Shown here piece by piece: positions 15,806 through 22,194 of a stretch of 24,000 nucleotides of DNA. Origin of the DNA: Micromonosporaceae bacterium (GTDB lineage: Bacteria; Actinomycetota; Actinomycetes; Mycobacteriales; Micromonosporaceae). The translations under genes were made by a program, and so were the position numbers. The notes beneath the pieces were generated by a model, which was not told the origin of the DNA, did not search any database, and worked only from the letters and a program-made list of their open reading frames with translations. The stretch's first letter is position 1. Each line of letters begins with the position of its first letter. The stretch lies in contig DASSUC010000150.1 of NCBI GenBank assembly GCA_035707405.1, forward strand, positions 2,876 to 26,875, written 5' to 3'.

Positions 15806-18037
15806 ATGACCGCCGTTCCCGGTTACCGTGACGTGCCAATCAAACCTTGGCATCCCGACACGCCGGTCGACCTCGCGGAGGCCGAGGAGTTCCTGCGCGC
15901 CTGCTATGCGGAGACGCCGACGCTCGGCCCGGTCGAGCCCCGTCTGGCCATCGTGCGCGAGCAGGTCGACGCCGTCGGGACGTACGTGCACACGCAGGCC
16001 GAGCTGGTCCACGGCGCGCGGATGGCGTGGCGCAACAGCAGCCGGTGCATCGGCCGGCTCTACTGGCGCAGCCTGGTCGTGCTCGACCGGCGCACCGCCC
16101 GTACCCCCGATGAGATCTTCGACCACATCCTCACCCACCTGGATGTCGCCAGTGGACGGTCCCGGCAGGCCGACGCCGAGCCGGCACCGGGACGGCTGCG
16201 TCCGGTCATCTCGGTCTTCGGCCAGGCGGTGCCCGGCCGGCCCGCCACGCGCATCTGGAACGACCAGCTCATCCGGTACGCGGGCTACCGCACCGAGGAC
16301 GGGTCGGTGGTCGGCGACCCGAAGTTTGTCGACTTCACCGAAGCGGTCACCGAGCTTGGCTGGCACGGCAAGGGCGCGGCGTTCGATGTCCTGCCGCTGG
16401 TGCTGGACGCGCCGGGGACCGGGCCGCGGGTCTACGAGCTGCCCGAGTCGGCCGTGCACGAGGTGCCGTTGACCCACCCGGAGCACCGGTGGTTCGCCGA
16501 GCTGGGCCTGCGCTGGTACGCCATCCCGGCGATCGCCAACATGCGGCTGTCGATCGGTGGCGTCAACTACCCGCTGGCACCGTTCAGCGGCTGGTACATG
16601 GGCACCGAGATCGGCGCCCGCAACCTCGCCGACACCGACCGCTACGACATGCTGCCGGTCATCGGCGCGCGGCTCGGGCTCGACATGTCCAGTGAGCGGA
16701 CGCTGTGGCGGGACCGGGCGCTGGTCGAGCTCAACCGCGCCGTGCTCTGGTCGTTCGAGCAGGCAGAGGTACGCATCGCCGACCACCACAGCGAGTCGCG
16801 GCGCTTCCTGACCCACGTCGCCAAGGAGGAGCGCGCCGGCCGCAAGACCCCGGCGGACTGGACCTGGATCGTGCCCCCGATGTCGGGCGGGCTCACCCCG
16901 GTCTTCCACCGCTACTACGACGAGGCTGACCAGCGCCCCAACTTCTACCTGGACGACGAGGCCCGCGCGTACGCCCGGCACGGCCGGCCGTGCGGTGCGA
17001 GCACCGAGCGGCGGGCGGCCGTGGCCGAAGCCAGCCCTCCAGCCGAGGCGCCGGGCGTGCGGGACGACGTGGCCGCCCCGGCCCCTCTCCTCGCCGCGGC
17101 GACCATCCGGGCCACCGCGGCGGTTCCCATGACAGCCCCTGCCGCGCTGCTGGGCCAGGCCCGGGTCTCGCCTCCCGCGCCGGGTGGCATGCCGGAGGGC
17201 GGCGGCCCGCCCCCGGGCGGCCGGCACAGCGACGCCGCCCGGCACGGCGACATCGGCAGGCATGGCGACATCGGCAGGCAAGGCGGTCCGCCCGGGCACG
17301 ACAGCCCGGGACATCGCGGCCCGGGTGCCGGCGACGGCTACGGTCGCAGCGGCTACCAGTCGAACGGCTCGTCCGGCGGTAACCGGCACACCGGCAACGG
17401 GCACGGCCCGAACGGGCACTCTCCAAACGGGAGCGCGGGAAACGGCCGTGGCGGCAGCGGCTACGCCCCGAACGGGCCGTACGGTGAGAACGGCGGAGGC
17501 GGTGCGCCGGGCGAGATGGAGGCACCGCTACGGCTGGCCGTCAACCCCTGGGCGGCAGCGCCCGAGGTGCGCAGCGTCAAGCCACGGCCGCCCTCTCCCA
17601 TCGTGACGCCGCCCCGGATGACCGAGCCCCCGCCGCCCGTGCGGCCGGCCGTCCCAGCCGGCACGGTGGTCGTCTCCGGCGGGGCCGTGCCGGGGTACGC
17701 GGCCGGGCAGTACGTCCTCGTCGCGCAGCCGTCCGCCGCCGGTCCCGCCGGGCCACCCGGACCGGCCGCCACGGGTGGCGCCGCGCCGGCCCAGGTCGTC
17801 AGCGAGGCTGTCCCCGACGCCGGGCCTGCTCACGGTGGGCCGCCGGCAGGTGAGCCGGAGCGCGCCGCCGCACCCACCGGCCGGGACCGGCCTGCGGAGG
17901 CTGCGAGCAGCACCGAGACCACCATGGTGCGGCCTGCGGCGCCGGTACCCGCCGAGGAGCCGCCGGCCGCCGGTGACCCGCCCGGGCCGCCCGAGCGGCG
18001 GCGCTGGCTGCGGCCGGGCAAGCGGGGCACCGGCTGA
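15806..18037 (+). CDS. nos: Bacterial nitric oxide synthase oxygenase domain (about 385 aa) fused to a C-terminal tail of about 358 aa that is low-complexity and Pro/Gly/Ala-rich
   Basis: GGGAGG RBS 8 nt upstream of ATG 15806. NOS signature motifs: WRNSSRCIGRLYWRSL (heme-thiolate Cys codon 16046-16048), SGWYMGTEIGARN (substrate-binding Glu), ADHHS, WIVPPMSGGLTPVFH. After ...RPNFYLDDE (about 16960) the frame stays open with high GC3 through a Pro/Gly/Ala/Asn/His-rich region to the TGA at 18035-18037. Confidence 0.9.
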   Translation: MTAVPGYRDVPIKPWHPDTPVDLAEAEEFLRACYAETPTLGPVEPRLAIVREQVDAVGTYVHTQAELVHGARMAWRNSSRCIGRLYWRSLVVLDRRTARTPDEIFDHILTHLDVASGRSRQADAEPAPGRLRPVISVFGQAVPGRPATRIWNDQLIRYAGYRTEDGSVVGDPKFVDFTEAVTELGWHGKGAAFDVLPLVLDAPGTGPRVYELPESAVHEVPLTHPEHRWFAELGLRWYAIPAIANMRLSIGGVNYPLAPFSGWYMGTEIGARNLADTDRYDMLPVIGARLGLDMSSERTLWRDRALVELNRAVLWSFEQAEVRIADHHSESRRFLTHVAKEERAGRKTPADWTWIVPPMSGGLTPVFHRYYDEADQRPNFYLDDEARAYARHGRPCGASTERRAAVAEASPPAEAPGVRDDVAAPAPLLAAATIRATAAVPMTAPAALLGQARVSPPAPGGMPEGGGPPPGGRHSDAARHGDIGRHGDIGRQGGPPGHDSPGHRGPGAGDGYGRSGYQSNGSSGGNRHTGNGHGPNGHSPNGSAGNGRGGSGYAPNGPYGENGGGGAPGEMEAPLRLAVNPWAAAPEVRSVKPRPPSPIVTPPRMTEPPPPVRPAVPAGTVVVSGGAVPGYAAGQYVLVAQPSAAGPAGPPGPAATGGAAPAQVVSEAVPDAGPAHGGPPAGEPERAAAPTGRDRPAEAASSTETTMVRPAAPVPAEEPPAAGDPPGPPERRRWLRPGKRGTG
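17243..17278 (+). repeat. 18-bp tandem repeat inside the NOS tail (encodes RHGDIG-RHGDIG)
   Basis: CACGGCGACATCGGCAGG (17243-17260) and CATGGCGACATCGGCAGG (17261-17278). A partial third unit follows (CAAGGCGG...). Nearby peptide-level repeats are NGHGPNGHSPNG. Confidence 0.85.
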
Positions 18038-18064
18038 CGCGGGACCCGCACCACCACCGGCGCC

Positions 18065-18376
18065 TCACTCCGCCGCGCCGAGGTAGGTGCGGATGGCGGT
18101 GGTCAGGGTCCGCATGGTCGCGGGGGTGAGCTGCCCGGCCGGCCCGGCGACTGCGGCAGGGTCGATGGAGCGTATCCGGGAGAGGTCGACGACTGCGGCG
18201 GTCGGCCAGTCCTGCCGGTTGAGTGGTACGAGAAAGGCGGGCGCGAGACCCGGCGCGGCCCGTTCCCGCAGTGGTGCCAGGAGCCCGTGCGCCGGGTTGT
18301 AGCGGTCGGCGGTGACCACGACCACCCGCAGCCGGTGGCTGCCCACCGTGTAGTGCAGGATGCTGCCGCGCCTCAT
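18065..18376 (-). CDS. Type II toxin, MazF/PemK-like fold (putative)
   Basis: 103 aa. The pattern RRGSILHY...LRVVVVTADRYNP...FLVPLN...AAVVDLSRIRSIDPAAV...GQLTPATMRTLTTAIRTYLG follows the PemK/MazF layout (RGD-like start, buried VVVS-x-D-x-xN strand, late I-x-T-ID strand). The ATG overlaps the stop of the upstream small gene (ATGA). Confidence 0.6.
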   Translation of the reverse strand: MRRGSILHYTVGSHRLRVVVVTADRYNPAHGLLAPLRERAAPGLAPAFLVPLNRQDWPTAAVVDLSRIRSIDPAAVAGPAGQLTPATMRTLTTAIRTYLGAAE

Positions 18377-18615
18377 CCAGCGGCCCAGGACCGGTCGTCA
18401 TGGGCCGCGAGCGCATCCAGCGCCGCGCGCTCCTGCGCGTCCGCGTCGGCGTCCCATTGCCGGTACGCCTCCAGCGCGGCAGTCTCGAGGTACTCGACCA
18501 GCGCGGCGTTGACCGTCGAGGAGAGGTTGGCCCCTGGCGTGCTCTGCACGTGCGCGGTGAGCATCCGGTCGACCTCGGGGCGCATGGACAGCGTCCGCTT
18601 GATGGTGTCCGCCAT
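18373..18615 (-). CDS. Ribbon-helix-helix (CopG/RHH-like) antitoxin (putative)
   Basis: 80 aa. An N-terminal beta-strand/helix pattern (KRTLSMRPEVDRMLTAHVQ...LSSTVNAALVEYLE) is followed by an acidic tail. It has a 4-nt overlap with the toxin gene, the classic antitoxin-first TA architecture. Confidence 0.6.
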   Translation of the reverse strand: MADTIKRTLSMRPEVDRMLTAHVQSTPGANLSSTVNAALVEYLETAALEAYRQWDADADAQERAALDALAAHDDRSWAAG

Positions 18616-18619
18616 GCCA

Positions 18620-18653
18620 CCGGATGCTACTACGAGTGAGTGGTAGCAACCGG
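18620..18653. promoter_or_regulatory. Imperfect palindrome immediately upstream of the antitoxin gene (candidate TA autoregulatory operator)
   Basis: The sequence is CCGGATGCTAC-N12-GTAGCAACCGG. The 11-bp arms have one mismatch, and the core is TGCTAC 18625-18630 / GTAGCA 18643-18648. It starts 5 nt upstream of ATG 18615 on the minus strand. Confidence 0.35.
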
Positions 18654-18676
18654 TCGGCTCGCCGTACGACCGCCGT

Positions 18677-18895
18677 TCAGCCGGCTGCCGGGCCGCTCGC
18701 GCCGTGCTCGACGCAGACCGCCCGCCACCCGGCCGGCAGCACCTGGACCTTCAGCCGCCGGCGGCACGCCGGGCAGTACCTCGGCGGCTCCAGCACCCGG
18801 GCGCGCCGGCACGCGTCATGGCCACCGGAGGAGCCCGCGGCATCCAGCGCGCCGCCGCAGCGGTCGCACCACACCGCGCCCACTGTCATCTTCAC
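18677..18895 (-). CDS. bsaP: Small Cys-rich protein coupled to bioB; resembles the actinobacterial biotin synthase auxiliary protein (BsaP/Rv1590-like)
   Basis: 72 aa with CxxC...HxxC...PPRYCxxC...C..HG spacing ([43 protein letters not shown]). GTG 18895 overlaps the bioB stop (GTGA). ATG 18889 is an alternative start. The position directly downstream of bioB matches mycobacterial synteny. Confidence 0.55.
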   Translation of the reverse strand: MKMTVGAVWCDRCGGALDAAGSSGGHDACRRARVLEPPRYCPACRRRLKVQVLPAGWRAVCVEHGASGPAAG

Positions 18896-19887
18896 AGCGT
18901 CGCGGACAGCGCCTTGACCGGCATCCGCAGCTCGTCCAGCAGTGCCAGGTCGGCCTGGGCCGGCCGGCCCAGCGTGGTCAGGTAGTTGCCGACGATCACC
19001 GCGTTGACCCCGCCGAGTAGGCCGTCACGCGTACCCAGGTCACCCAGGGTGATCTCGCGGCCGCCGGCGTACCGCAGGATCGTGCGGGGCAGCGCGAGCC
19101 GGAACGCGGCGATGGCCCGCAGCGCGTCCCGCGCGTCGAGCACCGCCTGCCCGCCCAGCGGCGTGCCGGGCCGGGGGTTGAGGAAGTTCAGCGGCACCTC
19201 GTCCGGCCCGAGGGCGGCGAGCTGGGTCGCAAACTCGGCGCGCTGCGCGAGGGTCTCGCCGAGGCCGAGGATGCCGCCGCAGCAGACCTCCATGCCGGCC
19301 TCGCGCACCATGCGTAGCGTCTCGAAGCGCTCCTCCCAGGTGTGCGTGGTGACCACGCGCGGGAAGTAGGAGCGGGCCGTCTCCAGGTTGTGGTTGTAAC
19401 GGTGCACGCCGAGCGCGGCCAGCTCGTCCACCTGGGCCTGGGTGAGCATGCCCAGTGACGCCGCGATGTTGATGTCCACCGCCGCCCGGATCGCGGCCAT
19501 GCCCTCGCGCACCTGCGCCATCAGCCGCTCGTCCGGCCCCCGGACGGCGGCCACGATGCAGAACTCGGTCGCCCCGGTCGCCGCGGTCTGCCGGGCCGCC
19601 TCGACCAGCGCCGGGATGTCGAGCCAGACGGCGCGCACCGGCGAGGTGAACACGCCGGACTGGGAGCAGAAGTGGCAGTCCTCGGGGCAGCCGCCGGTCT
19701 TCAGCGAGACGATGCCCTCGACCTCCACGTCAGGCCCGCACCAGCGCATGCGTACCTCGTGTGCCAGCGCGAGTGCGGCGGGCACCTGGTCGTCGGGGAG
19801 CTCCAGCACGGCCAGGACGCCGGCCTCGTCGAGCCCCACGCCCGCCTCCAGCACCTGGCTACGGGCCTGTTCGAGGACCTCAGGCAT
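18892..19887 (-). CDS. bioB: Biotin synthase (radical SAM)
   Basis: 331 aa. Radical-SAM motif [13 protein letters not shown]. The overall BioB pattern is present ([39 protein letters not shown]). Confidence 0.95.
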   Translation of the reverse strand: MPEVLEQARSQVLEAGVGLDEAGVLAVLELPDDQVPAALALAHEVRMRWCGPDVEVEGIVSLKTGGCPEDCHFCSQSGVFTSPVRAVWLDIPALVEAARQTAATGATEFCIVAAVRGPDERLMAQVREGMAAIRAAVDINIAASLGMLTQAQVDELAALGVHRYNHNLETARSYFPRVVTTHTWEERFETLRMVREAGMEVCCGGILGLGETLAQRAEFATQLAALGPDEVPLNFLNPRPGTPLGGQAVLDARDALRAIAAFRLALPRTILRYAGGREITLGDLGTRDGLLGGVNAVIVGNYLTTLGRPAQADLALLDELRMPVKALSATL

Positions 19888-19893
19888 GGTCGT

Positions 19894-19899
19894 ACCCTA
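19894..19899 (-). promoter_or_regulatory. -10-like TAGGGT hexamer 6 nt upstream of the bioB ATG (suggests a leaderless bioB transcript)
   Basis: The minus strand reads CTTG-TAGGGT-ACGACC-ATG. There is no Shine-Dalgarno sequence between the hexamer and the ATG. The whole bioB/bioF divergent intergenic region is only 53 bp. Confidence 0.35.
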
Positions 19900-19940
19900 C
19901 AAGGCGTCCAAGGCACGGCGGAGCAGTCGGGGGCGAGGAG

Positions 19941-21086
19941 ATGACCGGCTACCTGGACCGGCTGGCGGAGAAGGCGCAGCAGCGGGCGCAGGCCGGGCTG
20001 CGCCGCGAGCTGCGCCCGCGCGCAGCCACCGACCAGGCGGTCGACCTGGCCGGCAACGACTACCTGGGCATGGCCCGCCACCCCGCGGTGCTCGCCGCCG
20101 CCACCGCGGCCATCACCGGGTACGGCCTCGGCGCCACCAGCTCCCGGCTGGTACGCGGCACCACGCAGGCCCACGCGGACCTCGAGACGGCTCTCGCCGG
20201 CTGGCTCGGGCACCCGGCCGCGCTCGTCTTCTCCTCCGGCTACCTGGCGAACCTCGCGGCGGTACGGGCGCTCGCCGGGCGCGACGGCGTGGTGGTCGCC
20301 GACGCGTACAACCACGCGTCCCTGGTGGACGGTTGCCGGCTCGCGGCGGCGGCGGGCGCGGAGACGGTGGTGGTGGACCACGCCGACCCGGGGGCGGTGG
20401 CCCGGGCGCTCGCCGCCCGGCCGGGCCGGGACGCGGTCGTGGTGACCGAGTCGGTGTTCTCTGTGGACGGCGACCTGGCGCCCCTGGCCGAGCTGCACGC
20501 CGTGGCCCGCCGCCACGGTGCGGTGCTGCTGGTCGACGACGCCCACGCGGTGGGCCTGCTGGGCCCGTACGGTGCCGGCGGGGTGGCCGCAGCCGGGCTA
20601 GCCGGCCAGCTCGACGTCGTGGTGACCGCCACGCTGTCCAAGGCGTTCGGCGCCGCCGGCGGGGTGGTGGCCGGGCCGGCCGTGCTGCGCACCCACCTGG
20701 TGGACACCGGGCGCAGCTTCATCTACGACACGGCCCTGCCGCCGGCGCTGGCCGCCGGGGCGCACGCGGCGCTGGACCTCATCCGGTGCGGCGACGCCGC
20801 CCGGGCCGAGCTGGCCCGCCGCGCCGCGCTCGCCACCGCCCGGCTGCGCGCCGCCGGCCTGTCCTTGCCCGACCCGGCGGGCGGGGTGCTTTCGGTGCGG
20901 GCGAGCGGGCCGGAGCAGGCCGTGGCGTGGGCGGCGGCCTGCCGCGACCGGGGCGTGGTGGTCGGCTGCTTCCGGCCGCCGTCCACTCCGGACGGGCAGT
21001 CCCGGCTGCGGCTCACCATCAACGTCGCGGTCCCCGCCGGCGAGCTGGACAAGGCGCTGGATGTCATCGTGGAGTGCGCACCGTGA
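19941..21086 (+). CDS. bioF: 8-amino-7-oxononanoate synthase (PLP-dependent)
   Basis: GGGGGCGAGGAG lies immediately upstream of ATG 19941. The translation is MTGYLDRLAEKAQQRAQAGLRRELRPR...AGNDYLG...SSGYLANL...TESVFSVDGD...DDAHAVG...ATLSKAFG (PLP lysine). The track ORFs starting at 19442 and 19761 are antisense to bioB upstream of this ATG. Confidence 0.9.
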   Translation: MTGYLDRLAEKAQQRAQAGLRRELRPRAATDQAVDLAGNDYLGMARHPAVLAAATAAITGYGLGATSSRLVRGTTQAHADLETALAGWLGHPAALVFSSGYLANLAAVRALAGRDGVVVADAYNHASLVDGCRLAAAAGAETVVVDHADPGAVARALAARPGRDAVVVTESVFSVDGDLAPLAELHAVARRHGAVLLVDDAHAVGLLGPYGAGGVAAAGLAGQLDVVVTATLSKAFGAAGGVVAGPAVLRTHLVDTGRSFIYDTALPPALAAGAHAALDLIRCGDAARAELARRAALATARLRAAGLSLPDPAGGVLSVRASGPEQAVAWAAACRDRGVVVGCFRPPSTPDGQSRLRLTINVAVPAGELDKALDVIVECAP

Positions 21087-21111
21087 CCGGGCGGAGCGAG
21101 GAGGCACCCTC

Positions 21112-21864
21112 GTGACCGAGCCGTGGCGGGGGCCGGTGCTGGTGACCGGCACCGACACCGAGGTCGGCAAGACCGTGGTGACGGCGGCCGTGGCCGCGGC
21201 GGCCGGCGCGGCCGGGCTGCGGGTCGCCGTCGTCAAGCCGGCGCAGACCGGCATCGACACCGGCGCCGACCCGGACACCACAGGCGCCGACCCGGACACC
21301 ACAGTGGAGTCCGACGTGGACGTGGTGCTGCGGCTGGCCGCGCCGGCCAGCGCCCGGGCGCTGGCCACCTACCCGGAGCCGCTCTCGCCGCTCGCCGCGG
21401 CCCAGGTGGCGCAGCTGCCCCCGCTCGCCCTGGACACCGCGCTGGCCGCGGTACGGGCCGACGCGGCAGCGTACGACCTGGTGCTCGTCGAGGGCGCCGG
21501 TGGGCTGCTGGCGCCGATGGGGGAGGGCTGGACCCTGGCCGACCTCGCGGTGAACCTCGGCTGCCCGGCGCTGGTCGTGGCCCGGGCCGGCCTCGGCACG
21601 CTCAACCACACCGCGCTCACCCTGGAGGCGCTGCGACGGCGGGGCCTCTCCGCGCGGGTGGTCATCGGCGCCTGGCCCGCGGTGCCGGAGCTGGTGCACC
21701 TGTCCAACCTGGTGGCGCTCGCCCCGGACCTGGCCGGCGTGGTGCCCGACGGCGCCAGCGGGATGGACTGCGGGGTGTTCCGGCGCTCGGCGCCGGGCTG
21801 GTTCACCCCGCTGCTGTACGGCTCGGTCGACGACGTACGGCAGTGGGCCGACCCGGTGCACTGA
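21112..21864 (+). CDS. bioD: Dethiobiotin synthetase
   Basis: GAGGAGG RBS 8 nt upstream of GTG 21112. P-loop VLVTGTDTEVGKT, then KPAQTG, VEGAGGLLAP and GTLNHT motifs. An in-frame 7-aa duplication is described separately. Confidence 0.9.
   Translation: MTEPWRGPVLVTGTDTEVGKTVVTAAVAAAAGAAGLRVAVVKPAQTGIDTGADPDTTGADPDTTVESDVDVVLRLAAPASARALATYPEPLSPLAAAQVAQLPPLALDTALAAVRADAAAYDLVLVEGAGGLLAPMGEGWTLADLAVNLGCPALVVARAGLGTLNHTALTLEALRRRGLSARVVIGAWPAVPELVHLSNLVALAPDLAGVVPDGASGMDCGVFRRSAPGWFTPLLYGSVDDVRQWADPVH
21262..21303 (+). repeat. Perfect 21-bp tandem duplication inside bioD
   Basis: GGCGCCGACCCGGACACCACA occurs at 21262-21282 and again at 21283-21303. It encodes GADPDTT-GADPDTT just after the KPAQTG motif. 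Confidence 0.95.
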
Positions 21865-22194
21865 GCCTGCGTCGCCACGTCACAGGCCGGTGACAGGCCG
21901 GCCGTCGCGGACGTGTCCACTGTCGATCCCGGGCGACCCGGCCGGGTTGAGTAGCGCCGGCCAGCAACGGGACAGGCCATCGGCGCGCACTATGTCATCG
22001 GATGCGCAGGTCTGCCTGTTCGGTGGGTACCCTCCTGGCGGGAGCTCGATAAAAAGAGGGCCTTGACCAGTTCGTGGACAGGATGATCGGTTGTCGGGAG
22101 GTGACCGTCCGGGGGAGCCTTACGGGCTTGCGGTCTGATCGATCGCAGGAAACCCTCATGGAGGCGACGGGGGAGGCGGCGAAGGGTGCAGGCG

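Noticed and set aside
15391-15807. Upstream part of the 287-aa minus-strand ORF 14944-15807, and the 28 codons upstream of the NOS ATG (15722-15805)
   Set aside because: The minus-strand extension crosses the AT-rich TATAAT promoter patch and is Arg/Pro-rich, unlike the hydrophobic C-terminal part. The NOS ATG at 15806 has an optimal GGGAGG RBS, and the 15722 start has none.
15368-17419. 683-aa minus-strand ORF opposite the NOS gene
   Set aside because: It is antisense to the NOS frame, which carries the WRNSSRCIGR heme-binding signature. Its sequence is Arg/Gly/Pro/Val-rich without motifs. It also runs through the AT-rich promoter patch.
19442-21115. 557-aa plus-strand ORF, and the 19761 start of the bioF ORF
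   Set aside because: The region upstream of 19941 is antisense to bioB. The 19442 frame is a poly-Arg/Gly/Pro shadow frame of bioF. bioF homology and the RBS begin at 19941.
8390-21303. Possibility that the short tandem repeats (8390-8440, 13281-13340, 17243-17278, 21262-21303) represent CRISPR arrays
   Set aside because: The repeats are directly adjacent with no unique spacers. The units are 18-21 bp and three of the four arrays are in-frame inside genes. No cas genes are present.
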